Shown here: positions 1-10,293 of the stretch, in pieces | Numbering within the stretch: position 1 is the first letter of the stretch | Layout of the letters: each line of letters opens with the position of its first letter | Assembly: GCA_038245295.1 (NCBI GenBank) | Contig: JBBRSP010000007.1 | Span: 1 to 64,000 of the forward strand | Source: Candidatus Binatia bacterium | Lineage (GTDB): Bacteria; Desulfobacterota; Binatia; HRBIN30 | Direction of reading: 5' to 3' | Length of the DNA stretch: 64,000 bases | The notes under the pieces: model-generated | What the model was told of the DNA's origin: nothing | Seen by the model: the letters and a program-made list of their open reading frames with translations, nothing else | The model's database searches: none | Made by a program: the position numbers and the translations under genes

Positions 1-81
1 GGCTTAGTACTCGGTTTCATAAGTTCGGCGACGTATTTCGCGGCTGTTCGGAAGCATTGGGCTCACGCGCCGCAGGCTGAA

Positions 82-215
82 GAGGCTGTCTCAAAACATA
101 GGCTCACCCTTCGACGGGCTCAGGGCGAGCGGACAAAATGTCTTCGAAAATCAACCAAGCACCCGCTCAGGCTGAGCCTGTCGAAGCCGGCTCCGCAAGG
201 TTTTGAGACAGCCTC
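82..215. mobile_element. 134-bp MITE with IS1182-like TIRs inserted in a REP loop
   Basis: Perfect 16-bp TIR GAGGCTGTCTCAAAAC (82-97) / GTTTTGAGACAGCCTC (200-215); TGAA duplicated at 78-81 and 216-219. Removing it restores CGCAGGCTGAAGCCTGCGCCTAC, identical to 4882-4904. Confidence 0.85.
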
Positions 216-251
216 TGAAGCCTGCGCCTACCAGCCTCCTAAAGCGGACCG

Positions 252-274
252 GTAGGCGCAGGTTTTAGACTGCG
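252..274 (+). repeat. GTAG-type REP, family A
   Basis: GTAGGCGCAGGTTTTAGACTGCG; inverted partner of the split REP at 71-231. Confidence 0.75.
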
Positions 275-359
275 GCGGGCGGTTGCGGTTACGTCACCGT
301 ACCTGCGCCGAACAGTACTTAGGCGCAGGGATGCGGGCAGGTCAGGGCGAGTTCTTGGC

Positions 360-1391
360 TCACGGTGAGGCGGTTCGCGCAATCAGGTGCGAGCCGAGAA
401 ATGCAGCAGCAAGATCGCCGGCACGCGTCACCGCCGGTGGGGCGTACACGTCGAAATGATCGCCGTCGAAAGTCTCGAGGGTTACGTTGCGAGCCCGAGC
501 GGCATACGCCTGGACCACGGAGAAGGGCGCGAAGCGATCTGTGCGCGAGGCAATGAGCAGCACCGGCGCGGTGATTTTCGACAGCTGCTCAGCCGGGTTG
601 TATCCGTGAAAGTTGAATGGCGAGCGTGCGGCGACCGCGTTCTGGTAGGTCGAGCCCGGGCCGACCAACCTTTCAAACGCGGCGTATGCCGCGTCGTCGA
701 CGATCATTCCGAAGCCGCCTGGCCTGGCGATCGCGGCGATCGTGAAAGGCTCCCGGCCGAAGGCAGATCCAACCAGGTCGGCCCAACCGCTGAGCACCAG
801 CCGCGCTGCCCAACCGACACCGTAGAAGGATGCCTCGCCTTCGACGGAAGTGTCGATCAGCGGCGCCTGTGCAACGACGGCGCGCAGATCAGGATCCTCG
901 GAAGCAATCAGCAACGCGTGGCCAGCGCCGAGCGACGTGCCCCATGCGGCGGTTCGGCGGCCATCGACATCGGTACGGGCGCGAACGAATGTCAGCGCGG
1001 CGCGCCAATCCGCAAGCTGGCTCTGCGGATCAACGACTTGCCGCGGCCACCCGCCGCTGGCTCCGAAGTATCGATAGTCGAACACGAAGACGGCAATGCC
1101 TTCGGGCGCGATCCGCTCGGCGATCGCCGGTAACCCGACATCGCGCGTTCCCGCAAATCCATGTGCCATCACGACCACAGGCGGCGCCTGTGTGGCCGGC
1201 AAGTAGAGCCACCCGGCGCACTGACTCGATCCACAGACAAAACGCAGGTCGAGCCGGCGAACATTGCCGGCGAGTTGTTCCGGCGGCGCCACAGGTGCGG
1301 CGACGCCCGCCGTGCGCCGATTGCCGCGAGCCGCAGTGAACGCAATCAGCACAAGCAGTAGGAAGAGAGTGACAATGAGACGACGGCGCAT
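360..1391 (-). CDS. Alpha/beta hydrolase (S15/dienelactone-hydrolase-like) with N-terminal membrane anchor
   Basis: VVMAHGF, FDYRYFGASGG, nucleophile GTSLG, C-terminal GDHF; start trimmed to MRRRLIV. Confidence 0.85.
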   Translation of the reverse strand: MRRRLIVTLFLLLVLIAFTAARGNRRTAGVAAPVAPPEQLAGNVRRLDLRFVCGSSQCAGWLYLPATQAPPVVVMAHGFAGTRDVGLPAIAERIAPEGIAVFVFDYRYFGASGGWPRQVVDPQSQLADWRAALTFVRARTDVDGRRTAAWGTSLGAGHALLIASEDPDLRAVVAQAPLIDTSVEGEASFYGVGWAARLVLSGWADLVGSAFGREPFTIAAIARPGGFGMIVDDAAYAAFERLVGPGSTYQNAVAARSPFNFHGYNPAEQLSKITAPVLLIASRTDRFAPFSVVQAYAARARNVTLETFDGDHFDVYAPPAVTRAGDLAAAFLGSHLIARTASP

Positions 1392-1477
1392 GAGTTTCCC
1401 GAGGACAAGTGTGACGCAAACCTCACGGCGCTGTAAACTCGCTTTGTCTTTCACGCTTGAGGTATGGTCATAAGCCC

Positions 1478-2146
1478 ATGACATACCTGCGCAAACGTCC
1501 GCGCCAGCGACGCGCGCAAGCGACCTTCGAGGCGATTATCGAGGCAAGCGCTCGCATTCTCGTCGAGCTTGGCCCCGAGCGACTGACGACCAACGCGATC
1601 GCTACGCGCGCCGGCGTCAGCGTGGGATCGCTCTACCAATACTTTCCCAACCGCGATGCGATCGTGCGGGCTCTACTCGAACGGGAGTTGACGCGCGCCG
1701 AATCGTTGCGCCCGGCGCTGATTGACGAAGAGGCGCGCCCGCTGCGCGAGCGTGTGCGCGCCATCATCGATTGGCATTTCGACCTGCACGCGGCTGACCC
1801 GGCACTCGCCAATTCCGTGCGCTCCCTGGTGCAGGCGACTCTGCCCGGAGATGAGATTCGCCGCCTGTCGCGGCTGCGCACGATGCGGGTTACCCGCACG
1901 GTCGCCAGTCTTGGGGTGGCGGCGGCAAACGTCGAGGCGGCTGCCTTCATCGTCGACACGTGCCTTGATGCACTGTCAGACGGTGTCACTGTGCGCCGTC
2001 CGGCATGGCTGCGCTCCGCCGCCTTTCGAGAACAGGTGGCGATACTGGTGGGTTCCTACTTGGAACGCGCAGGGGCGTCCCTGGAAGGAAGGATTCCGGT
2101 CGGCCAGGGATCGGGGCGGCGGCGGCGGCGCAAGCAGCCTGCATGA
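1478..2146 (+). CDS. TetR/AcrR family regulator
   Basis: PRQRRAQAT...TTNAIATRAGVSVGSLYQYFPN HTH; divergent from the hydrolase. Confidence 0.9.
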   Translation: MTYLRKRPRQRRAQATFEAIIEASARILVELGPERLTTNAIATRAGVSVGSLYQYFPNRDAIVRALLERELTRAESLRPALIDEEARPLRERVRAIIDWHFDLHAADPALANSVRSLVQATLPGDEIRRLSRLRTMRVTRTVASLGVAAANVEAAAFIVDTCLDALSDGVTVRRPAWLRSAAFREQVAILVGSYLERAGASLEGRIPVGQGSGRRRRRKQPA

Positions 2147-2365
2147 CGCCGTAAGCGCGGTGTTTGCGTCGTGGTAAGAGCAACGCGGTTTGGATCAGCC
2201 GCTCATCGACCTCGGCTTTGACGCCGCCTTCACGATTCCGGTGATCGGCGACATTATGCGGACAGGGAAAAGGGGACAGGACCCGTTTCCGCCGGCGGAA
2301 TTCATCAAGGAAACCAAGCGTCGCGCTAGCGGAAACGGGGGCAGGACCCTTTGCCTGGTGCGCCG

Positions 2366-2785
2366 TCAGTAGGCGGGCACGGTAACGCCGCCGTCAAGCG
2401 AGATCGCGGCCCGCACCGTACCCTTGGGGCAACCCGTGATTTCGAAGTGACAGACGCATCCGGAGAAGGTGTTGCACCCGCCAACGATCGAGCCGGTGGT
2501 GAGATCGGTGTGGCCGCCGGGCGCGAGGGTGGTGGCACTGAGCTGGATCGACGGAGTGCCTGAAGCACCGGGCAGACCGGTGGCCAGCGGCCCGTACAAT
2601 CCGGACGCGGGCTGGATCGTGCAGGTCTTGGCCGCATGCAGATTGACAATCGTGCAGTGGACGTACTTGTCGCCATCCAGGATGAGGGGCGTGTCGAGTG
2701 TAAAGGCCTTCGTTTCCGTTGGCCGGACACCGCAGAGCAGCCCAAGAGTGATGAACACCTTCGTGCAACGCCAGACGAATGACAT
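2366..2785 (-). CDS. Small secreted Cys-containing hypothetical protein
   Basis: GGAGG RBS upstream, signal-like N-terminus, several Cys. Confidence 0.55.
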   Translation of the reverse strand: MSFVWRCTKVFITLGLLCGVRPTETKAFTLDTPLILDGDKYVHCTIVNLHAAKTCTIQPASGLYGPLATGLPGASGTPSIQLSATTLAPGGHTDLTTGSIVGGCNTFSGCVCHFEITGCPKGTVRAAISLDGGVTVPAY

Positions 2786-2996
2786 AGACCTTACCTCCAT
2801 GCGCAAGAGTGTAGCTTGGGGGGCAGAGCAAGTCCTGCGGAAGTTCTTCAAGTTTCCTTCAGGTTGCGGCGTGCTGCCCGGTCGGCGGGGACGGGAGGCA
2901 TGAGGCAGAAGGCACGAGGCTTAGGCTCGGGGGGACACGCCGTTCGCACTTGCGCCCGCCTGTGGAACCGGTAAGACGCGGCTTCGGAGCACCGCC

Positions 2997-3461
2997 TTGA
3001 TTCGTATCGCCATCCTCGCCAATCTCGCGACTTTTTCGCTCATCGTGAGCCAGCCGCTTTTCTACCTCATGGCCCTGACGAACGCCCAGCGTGGGTTGTC
3101 GGCGGCGGCGTACATCGAGCTGCGTCAACGCATCAATCCGGTGATGAACAAACGCGTGCCGTTGGTTTACGCCGCCGGCTTGATCACCGGCGTCCTTGTC
3201 CTTGGGCTGGCGTTCTGGTCGGCCCAAGGTCTCGTGCTCGGCACAACCTTGGTGGCGCTGTTGTGCCTGCTCGCCGATGTGTTGTTCATGACGCGCGAGA
3301 GCTTGCCCCTCAACAGCGTCATGGACGGCTGGTCGCCGACCGACTATCCGCCCGACTGGCAAAGCTACCGTGAGGAGTGGCTCATCATGTTTGGTTACCG
3401 CCAGGTGATTTTGCTGATCGGCTTCGCGAGCCTGCTCGTCGGCGCCGTGTTGCACGATTGA
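2997..3461 (+). CDS. DUF1772/anthrone-oxygenase-like membrane protein
   Basis: Four hydrophobic segments; PLN...W...PPDW...REEW motif. Confidence 0.7.
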   Translation: MIRIAILANLATFSLIVSQPLFYLMALTNAQRGLSAAAYIELRQRINPVMNKRVPLVYAAGLITGVLVLGLAFWSAQGLVLGTTLVALLCLLADVLFMTRESLPLNSVMDGWSPTDYPPDWQSYREEWLIMFGYRQVILLIGFASLLVGAVLHD

Positions 3462-3754
3462 GCGCGGCCCCAGGCGGCGCTCGGTAGTCCTCCTTCGTCG
3501 GTAACAACGGACAGCTTCGCGCGGAGCAATGGCGGCGTTGTCGCGAAGCATCACGATCCCGTCGACGCGACCGCCGCGTGGAACCGGGCGATCGATACGG
3601 GTGGCCAACCGGGCGACGAACCTGGCGTCAGGGCGTTGCTCAAGCATAGCAAGGGGGTTGGTCGCGAACGCCAAACGAACATAACGCGGGGCAACACCTT
3701 CCTCCTAAAGAGCACGACGCGGGCTTTGCCCGCAGCCCAAACTCGAGGGCTCTC

Positions 3755-3838
3755 TGCCACAGATGAATTGCGATGAACACAGATGGCTTGCCAACGGCCA
3801 TGGTCTGCATCTGTGTGCATCCGTGTTCATCTGTGGCA
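3755..3838. repeat. Palindromic repeat (CCACAGATGAA...TTCATCTGTGG)
   Basis: 13-bp perfect IR TGCCACAGATGAA / TTCATCTGTGGCA with internal GATGAACACAGAT / ATCTGTGTGCATC subrepeats. Confidence 0.7.
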
Positions 3839-3884
3839 AAGAACCGCTGAGCGGTTGAAGCTCGCGGAACCGTCGCGTGCCGCG

Positions 3885-4199
3885 ACCTTCAAAGCCCTTC
3901 GATTCGATGATGCCGAACTCTTTACCGATCGCACTCTCGAGAAAACGAATCGGGCTCTTCCATCCGTCCGGCGCATCGATGCTGCGCAAGCGCTTGTAGA
4001 CCGGCGCGCCCCAGCCGCGTGCGATCTCCATGGTTCGCGTGTTGAAGTTGCGCGTCTTCGGACGCCACGAGGTGCCATCGTGTTTTTCGATCAGCACACA
4101 CGGAACACCGAAACGTGCTAGCTCCACCGCCGCGCCGAGTCCGACGGGGCCGGCACCGAGGATGAGAACTCGATTCGGATTCAATGATGCAATCGTCAT
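3885..4199 (-). pseudogene. N-terminal fragment of an FAD-dependent monooxygenase
   Basis: GAGPVG Rossmann motif, IEK, NTRTMEI; family-like sequence stops after about 105 aa and the ORF runs into the palindromic repeat. Confidence 0.75.
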
Positions 4200-4218
4200 T
4201 CATTCCTCCGTCAACGCG

Positions 4219-4243
4219 GTAAGGGCGGTTCGGGAACCGCCCC
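4219..4243 (+). repeat. GTAG-type REP, family B (variant)
   Basis: GTAAGGGCGGTTCGGGAACCGCCC hairpin; related copies at 12006, 12115 and 33019. Confidence 0.65.
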
Positions 4244-4263
4244 GACAACACATCCTCGGGCGC

Positions 4264-4788
4264 CTACAATGTTCGGACAGGCTGCGACCCGTCCCAACCG
4301 ACAGAAGACTGCTTGATGAACTCGAACAGCGCGCCCTTGGGCCCACTGATGTCGGACAACTCGATCACCGTGCCGGGATGCGCCTCGGTATCGAAGTAGG
4401 CGAAGCGGCCCTTGTCGCCGCCGATCTGGCCCTCGTGACCGACCTTGTAACCAAGCGACAAGGCGCGGTCGTAGATCGCCTGATAGTCTTTGCTCCAGTA
4501 GGCGACATGCTGAAGACCTTCGCGGCCCGCAGCCAGGAAGTCCCGGTACATCGACGGGGCGTCGTTGCGTTGCTGGATCAGCTCGATCTGTAGGTCGCCG
4601 GAGTTGGCCAGCGCCACACTCATCTCGAGATCTGAGTCCTCGCCGCGATACCGGAAGTAATCGATCTTGACCTTGTCAAAGTAGAACCACGGGCCGACAC
4701 CGATGACGTTGATCCAGTGATTCATGGCGGCTTCGACGTCGCGCACGACATAGCCGTTCTGCGCGATTGTCCCGAAAATACGGCTCAT
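4264..4788 (-). CDS. VOC/glyoxalase family protein (methylmalonyl-CoA-epimerase-like fold)
   Basis: QNGYVVRD, GVGPW, QIELIQQ, GLQHVAY, FAYFDT...IEL. Confidence 0.85.
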   Translation of the reverse strand: MSRIFGTIAQNGYVVRDVEAAMNHWINVIGVGPWFYFDKVKIDYFRYRGEDSDLEMSVALANSGDLQIELIQQRNDAPSMYRDFLAAGREGLQHVAYWSKDYQAIYDRALSLGYKVGHEGQIGGDKGRFAYFDTEAHPGTVIELSDISGPKGALFEFIKQSSVGWDGSQPVRTL

Positions 4789-4881
4789 GATGACCTCCTT
4801 CGATTACATCTCCGACCGCATGGGGTCTCGTCTCCGAGGAACTTTCGCCATACCGCCCGGCACAACGGCTGGTCATCCCAC

Positions 4882-4904
4882 CGCAGGCTGAAGCCTGCGC
4901 CTAC
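4882..4904 (-). repeat. GTAG-type REP, family A
   Basis: Reverse complement GTAGGCGCAGGCTTCAGCCTGCG. Confidence 0.8.
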
Positions 4905-5064
4905 CACGCTGAGTTGGCAGGAGAAAGCAAATAGCCAGGGGCAGGATTCAGAAGTGCCTGACCGGTTTGCAGGAGTTGATATATCTGATACCGCCGGTGG
5001 CAGTTTTCTCAGAGTACATTCGTTCCAGCCGGCGGCGGCGAACCGCGCAGCCCGACGAGGGAGC

Positions 5065-7047
5065 ATGATGGACGCGAGACTTGGCGCTCTGGCGCTTGCA
5101 GTGTTGAGTTTGACCCTCGCCACCAGCGGGGCAGCGGCGCAGCCGTGCACCGGCAAGGTGTACTCCGGAACATTCGAGCTCATTCAAGATGCCGTCTTCG
5201 CCAGGCACGGCTGCACCGACCAGCTCTGTCACGGCGCCGCTTCGACCGGCGGCCTCGATCTGCGACCCGATGTTGCCTACGACAACCTTCTCGACATTCC
5301 CGCTACTACGGTCGAGGGCATACGCCGCGTCGCTCTCGGGCAACGGCAGCGCAGCCTGTTGTTCCTGAATCTCGCCGCGAAGACCAATCCAACCGTTTGG
5401 CAAGCACCGCTGCGGGCCATGCCGCTCGATCCTATCCCGGCAATCAGCAGCTCCGAACTGGAGCTGGTGCAGCGCTGGATCGAAGGCGGCGCCCCACGCA
5501 CCGGCACCGTGCCGGGCACGGAAGGCCTGGTCGACGCGTGCTTGCCGCCGCCCGAACCGATCAACGTCAAGCCACTCGCCCCGCCGGACAACGGTTTGCA
5601 GTTCCGCATCCCGGAAACCAACGTCAAAGCCCGCTCCGAGCACGAGGTGTGTTTCGCGCAATACTACGACGTCAGCGACCACGTGCCGGCAGAGTATCGC
5701 AGCGCCGACGGCAAGAGCTTCCGCTACCACCACAGTGAATCGCGTCAGACGCCGATGAGCCACCACCTGGTGATGAGCGTCTACCGCGGCGAAGAGCCAC
5801 CCAACAGCCCGGTCTGGGGCGACTTCGTCTGCTGGGGTGGCGAGCGCGACCAACAACTGTGTGACCGCTTCGATGCGAACTCCTGTGGCGCCGGCGTTCC
5901 GTGCGCCACCCTGCCGGTCAAGAGCCTCGCCTGTAACGGCTTCGGACCGGCGGACGCCGGGTTCGGCCTCAACGGTATGGGCGACGGCGGCGCCGGCTCC
6001 ACCGCCTCGGAGATCACCTTCGCCCCAGGCGTCTACGATGAGATCCCCGTGCGCGGCATGATCTTGTGGAATTCGCATGCGTTCAATCTGACCGCACAGG
6101 ATGCACCGCTGGATGCCTGGCTCAACTACGACTTCGCGCCGCCGCCGCAGCAGGTGGCGCCGGTGCACCGGATCACCAATACCGAGCAGATCTTCAAGAT
6201 GAACCCGCCCGCCTTCGGCACCGACGAGGTCTGTCATGTGCAGGTCATGCCGCCGGATTCGCATCTGTTCATGATCAGCTCGCACACGCACCGTCACGGC
6301 AAGCGTTTCCGAATCTTCCGCGGCGGCTTCCGCTGTCAGGGCGGCCCGAAGGACGGTGAGCCATGCTCGCCGCTTGGACCTGACTTCATAAGCCCGGACA
6401 TCTGCGGCGGCGCGCGCTGTGTCGCCATGTCGCGCCCACACGTATCGGATTGCGATTCCAACGGAGAAGTTTCGATCGACGAGGTGCTGCGCGCCGTCAA
6501 CATCGCCCTTGGCTCGGCACCGATGGTCACCTGTCCGGAGGCCGATTCGAACGAAGACCGCGAAGTTGCGGTGGACGACGTGATCGCCTCGATCAATGCG
6601 GCGCTCGGCAGTGTGCCGGCCTTGAGCGAGCGCGATCCGGCGCAGAGCCTACAGTATGTGAACCTCGTCTACAGCGACCCGCTGATCACCTACTTCGATC
6701 CGCCGATGGTGTTCTACGGACCGCAGTCTTCGGATGCCGACCGCACCATCACCTTCTGCGCGCTTTACGACAATGGTTACACCAAGCCGAGCGAGGTGAA
6801 GACACGCGCCACTTCACCGAAGCCGCTGTCGGCCGCGATCCCGGGTGGACCGTGCAAGACGCCCACCGGTTGTACGCAAGGCCGCATCGGCGAAGCCTGC
6901 CGCGGCGCCAACGAACGCCTACGCAATTCTTCGTGCGACACCAGCGCGGGGGCGGGTGATGGCTTCTGCGATGCATGCCCTGCCCTCGGTGGCGTGACGA
7001 GCGAGGATGAGATGCTCGTTCTGCTCGGCGAATACTACGTCCCCTAG
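5065..7047 (+). CDS. Secreted cytochrome-c-like + copper type II (PHM/DBH-like) monooxygenase-like protein with dockerin-like insert, paralog 1
   Basis: Signal peptide; CTDQLCH...GGLDL...MP...WIEGGA; SHH, NSH, SHTH and EDEM in PHM ligand order; DCDSNGEVSIDEV..VNIALG repeat. Confidence 0.7.
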   Translation: MMDARLGALALAVLSLTLATSGAAAQPCTGKVYSGTFELIQDAVFARHGCTDQLCHGAASTGGLDLRPDVAYDNLLDIPATTVEGIRRVALGQRQRSLLFLNLAAKTNPTVWQAPLRAMPLDPIPAISSSELELVQRWIEGGAPRTGTVPGTEGLVDACLPPPEPINVKPLAPPDNGLQFRIPETNVKARSEHEVCFAQYYDVSDHVPAEYRSADGKSFRYHHSESRQTPMSHHLVMSVYRGEEPPNSPVWGDFVCWGGERDQQLCDRFDANSCGAGVPCATLPVKSLACNGFGPADAGFGLNGMGDGGAGSTASEITFAPGVYDEIPVRGMILWNSHAFNLTAQDAPLDAWLNYDFAPPPQQVAPVHRITNTEQIFKMNPPAFGTDEVCHVQVMPPDSHLFMISSHTHRHGKRFRIFRGGFRCQGGPKDGEPCSPLGPDFISPDICGGARCVAMSRPHVSDCDSNGEVSIDEVLRAVNIALGSAPMVTCPEADSNEDREVAVDDVIASINAALGSVPALSERDPAQSLQYVNLVYSDPLITYFDPPMVFYGPQSSDADRTITFCALYDNGYTKPSEVKTRATSPKPLSAAIPGGPCKTPTGCTQGRIGEACRGANERLRNSSCDTSAGAGDGFCDACPALGGVTSEDEMLVLLGEYYVP

Positions 7048-7160
7048 GTTAGGGTGAAGGTTGGGTCTGCGGATTCAGACGCCGATGCGGGCCCTCACCC
7101 CGACCCTCTCCCACATTCCGCGATTCCGCTCGAGGTGGGAGAGGGGGCGCTTAGCCCAGA
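7047..7160. repeat. CCCTCACCC/CCCTCTCCC...GGGAGAGGG hairpin repeat, family C
   Basis: About 110 nt closely matching 17403-17510. Confidence 0.8.
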
Positions 7161-7263
7161 CGCAGCCAGCAATGGGGACAGGATTGCCACTCGAGAGAAG
7201 ACCTTCCGCAACGCCAACAGTTCAGGCAGCATCCTATGCGACTACCGTCATTTGGAGGACATC

Positions 7264-8673
7264 TTGCGAGACCACTTGAATAGACGCACTTCAAGGTCGA
7301 ACGTCCTACGAGCAATCCTGAGCACAGTCTTCGCCGTCGGCATCGCTGCTCCGCTAAGGGCGGCCGACACCGCCGCACCCGACACTGCCGCACCGGCGCC
7401 GGATGCGGCAGCCGCGCCGGTCGTGGATGATCTCAAGCCGGGGGAGGTCCTCAATCAAACGAATTGGCAGAAGGCCCAGGGCCTGCTGCCACCGGAGATC
7501 CTCAAGCACTATCAAACGGGCGAGTACGCCAACCCCATCGCCGACTGGCCGTCGAGTAAGTTCGACTGGCCGCCCGACTTCCGCGAGGGCAGCGAGAAGA
7601 ATCAGCAGCTCGATCTGAACGACGTCGGCACGATCATCGAGGTGGGTACCGGCAAACAGCCCGCCTACGTCATCGGCTTTCCATTTCCGATCATCGACCC
7701 GGCCGACAAGAAGGCCGGCGCCAAGATTCTGTGGAACTTTTTCTACCGCACCTGGTACTTCGGCACGCTGCACGCGGAGTCGCAGCTCAATTGGGTGGGG
7801 GCGAAGACGCTCGAGCGCCGTAGCGATGTGCTTGTCGACTTCCAGTATTTCGACGGCGTGCCGCAAGCGGAACGTCCGGCGAATCCGGAGAACCTGAGCG
7901 CGCGGTTTCTCACGGTGACGGTCTCACCGGCGGATCTCAACGGAACCGCGGCGTTGAGCTGGCGTTCGCGCGACCCCAGCAAGCGCGATCTGAACTGGGC
8001 CTTTGTGCCGGCGTTACGCCGGGTGCGCTCGGTCAGCCCGGCAAATCGTTCCGACGGATTCCTGGGTTCCGACATGAGTCAGGACGACGGACCCTTCTTC
8101 GACGGCAAGCCGGAAGACTTTACCTGGACGCTCAAGGGTGAGGTCGAGCAGTTGCGCCTGGTCGACCCGCTCAGCCTCAAAGGCCAGGCGGATCAGGTGT
8201 GGCTGCCGACGGGCGGTTGGCGCGGCAATTGGCCGGACATCCCGTTCATCGGCTACATGGATCCGAAGTGGAAAGGGGCGGGCTGGGCACCGATCAGCGG
8301 CGCACTGGCGAAGCGCCGTTTCTATGTCGTCGAGGGCGTACCGAAGGATCGTTACTATCTGTACGGGCGCATGGAAGCCTACGTCGACAAGGCAACGTTC
8401 CAGGGCGCGTGGAATCGCAAGTTCAATTGGTCGGGCGAGTTGCTCAACACCTACCAGGTGATGGCCTATCTGCCCAAGGCCTTCACACGCCCGGACGGCA
8501 AGGTCGATTACAACCAGTCCTCCAACATGGCGTTCCAGTGCGCCGAGAACATCAAGCGCAGCCAGGCGACGATCGCCGGCATCAAGTCGAATCCGAAAGG
8601 CGGCTTCGACGCGCGCGTGACGTATGGGCAGACACACTTCGACGTGACGTCGTTGCAGCACTTCGGGAAGTAG
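7264..8673 (+). CDS. DUF1329 family periplasmic/outer-membrane-associated protein
   Basis: GFPFP, G.KILWN, W.FVPALRRVR, SDGFLGSD motifs; GGAGG RBS before TTG 7264. Confidence 0.8.
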   Translation: MRDHLNRRTSRSNVLRAILSTVFAVGIAAPLRAADTAAPDTAAPAPDAAAAPVVDDLKPGEVLNQTNWQKAQGLLPPEILKHYQTGEYANPIADWPSSKFDWPPDFREGSEKNQQLDLNDVGTIIEVGTGKQPAYVIGFPFPIIDPADKKAGAKILWNFFYRTWYFGTLHAESQLNWVGAKTLERRSDVLVDFQYFDGVPQAERPANPENLSARFLTVTVSPADLNGTAALSWRSRDPSKRDLNWAFVPALRRVRSVSPANRSDGFLGSDMSQDDGPFFDGKPEDFTWTLKGEVEQLRLVDPLSLKGQADQVWLPTGGWRGNWPDIPFIGYMDPKWKGAGWAPISGALAKRRFYVVEGVPKDRYYLYGRMEAYVDKATFQGAWNRKFNWSGELLNTYQVMAYLPKAFTRPDGKVDYNQSSNMAFQCAENIKRSQATIAGIKSNPKGGFDARVTYGQTHFDVTSLQHFGK

Positions 8674-8931
8674 GGATGGCGTAGGCCGCGCGGACAGAAC
8701 GCACCGAGAACCGCGAATCGAGAATCCAGTGGTCATGATGCTGGCTGCATCATCCAAGGTGAAGAAAATGGCCTTCCGTGGGAGTAGAGCAGGAGATGCC
8801 GGCCAGAGATGGTGACAAGATCGGTTAGTTCATGGTGCTGCGAGTCCGCAACCCAGAATGAGGACTCGCGGCACCAACCATCGGCAATAGGACGCCGCTA
8901 CAGAGGTGCCCCCGGACCGCATTTGGTGTAG

Positions 8932-10200
8932 ATGCCTCAGCCAATGAAACCAAATTTGATGCTCGTGCTTGGAATGGTGCTCCTGGCTGCGTGCTCGTCC
9001 GACGATTCCTCTTCGCCGCCGCCGACGGCAGCGGCGTTGAAAGCTTCGTCGCGTGCCGCTGCCGCCACCATCAAAGGCGACTGGATGCGGACGCGTCTGG
9101 CGGTGCTCGCCGCCGACAATATGGAAGGGCGCGACAACTTGACGGCCGGCGGCGCGAAAGCCCGCGAGTGGCTCAAGGGTCAGATGACCGAGATCGGTCT
9201 GGAGCCGACGGGCAGCAACGGCTTCGAGCAGGCGTTCGATCAGGGTATCAACCTCGTCGGCCGTATTGCCGGCAATGATCCCGCCCTCGCCGACGAATAC
9301 GTCATCATCAGCGGCCATTACGATCACCTGGGTGTCGTCGGCGCGCCGCATAGCCAGTGCCGCGCCAGTAGCCTGGCGCCCGGTGACACCATCTGCAACG
9401 GCGCGGCGGACAATGGCGCCGGCTCCATCGCCACGCTGGCGATCGCCAATGCCCTGGCACACAGCCGTTACGGGACACGGCGCTCGATCCTGGTTGTCCT
9501 GTGGGACGCCGAGGAGGACGGGCTGTTGGGGAGCCACTACTTTGCCGATCAGGATCCGCGCGTCCCGCTCGACAAGATCGCCGCGATGTACACGGTGGAC
9601 AACGTCGGCGCCTACATCATCAAGGGCGTTGATGACTCCTTCGCCATCGGCACCGAGTACGCGACGGGGTTACGTGAGAAGGTCCTCGCCCTCAATGCCG
9701 AGCTGGGCTTCAACCAGTATCCCGTCTCGTCCTTCTTCGTCGGCAGCGACACCGGTGGGCGCAGCGACCACCTGCCCTTCCGCCTGCACGGCGTGCCGAT
9801 CATCTTCTTCGGCTCCGGCTCACCGCCGCAATATCACACGCCAGCCGACGAGATCGGCATCGTCAGCTTCCACAAGCTCGAACAAATCACCCGCCACGCT
9901 GCCTTGATGACCGCCGACATCGCCAACGACGACACGCGGCCAACCTTCGTGGCCGAGCCGCGCCCGCAGTTGGACGATGCGCGCGCCCTGCTCGCTCTCG
10001 GCAAGATCGTGCTTGCCGACCCCTCGTCGCTGGGGCTCGACGATCCCGTCGTGGCCGCCATGCTCGAGGGCTGGGTGCTCCGGCTGCAGAGGTACATCGA
10101 CACTCCGCCAACCACCGACCAGGAATGGGAGAACTATCAACGCTTCGTGAAGTCGATCATCACCACCGTCTACGCCGTTATCGGTGGCGAAGCCGCTTGA
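8932..10200 (+). CDS. M28 family Zn metallopeptidase, lipoprotein
   Basis: Lipobox LAAC; GHYDH, NGAADN, DAEEDGLLGS, RSDH, YHTPAD. Confidence 0.9.
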   Translation: MPQPMKPNLMLVLGMVLLAACSSDDSSSPPPTAAALKASSRAAAATIKGDWMRTRLAVLAADNMEGRDNLTAGGAKAREWLKGQMTEIGLEPTGSNGFEQAFDQGINLVGRIAGNDPALADEYVIISGHYDHLGVVGAPHSQCRASSLAPGDTICNGAADNGAGSIATLAIANALAHSRYGTRRSILVVLWDAEEDGLLGSHYFADQDPRVPLDKIAAMYTVDNVGAYIIKGVDDSFAIGTEYATGLREKVLALNAELGFNQYPVSSFFVGSDTGGRSDHLPFRLHGVPIIFFGSGSPPQYHTPADEIGIVSFHKLEQITRHAALMTADIANDDTRPTFVAEPRPQLDDARALLALGKIVLADPSSLGLDDPVVAAMLEGWVLRLQRYIDTPPTTDQEWENYQRFVKSIITTVYAVIGGEAA

Positions 10201-10293
10201 GGATATCGCTCGATCAACTAGCGATCAGCCGCGGCGATAGCGGCGGGCAGGTGTCTCCAACACGCCCGCCACTATCGTTTCAGCGCAGTACCA

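Larger units (their letters stand above)
3..322. mobile_element. MITE with IS701-like ends, copy 1 (composite; carries a REP pair and a nested MITE)
   Basis: Ends CTTAGTACT...AGTACTTAG. Both ends match the ends of 17246-17663 in reverse orientation (about 48/54 and 32/37 nt by manual alignment). No transposase inside. Confidence 0.75.

Noticed and set aside
3540..3680. Possible glyoxalase C-terminal fragment on + strand (DATAAWNRAIDTGGQPGDEPGVR)
   Set aside because: Similarity too short to support without a search.
4717..5064. Long N-terminal extensions in the ORF track (also 7054-7263, 43379-43732, 52349-52702, 60983-61276)
   Set aside because: They run through REPs, repeats or neighbouring genes; RBS and signal peptides support downstream starts.
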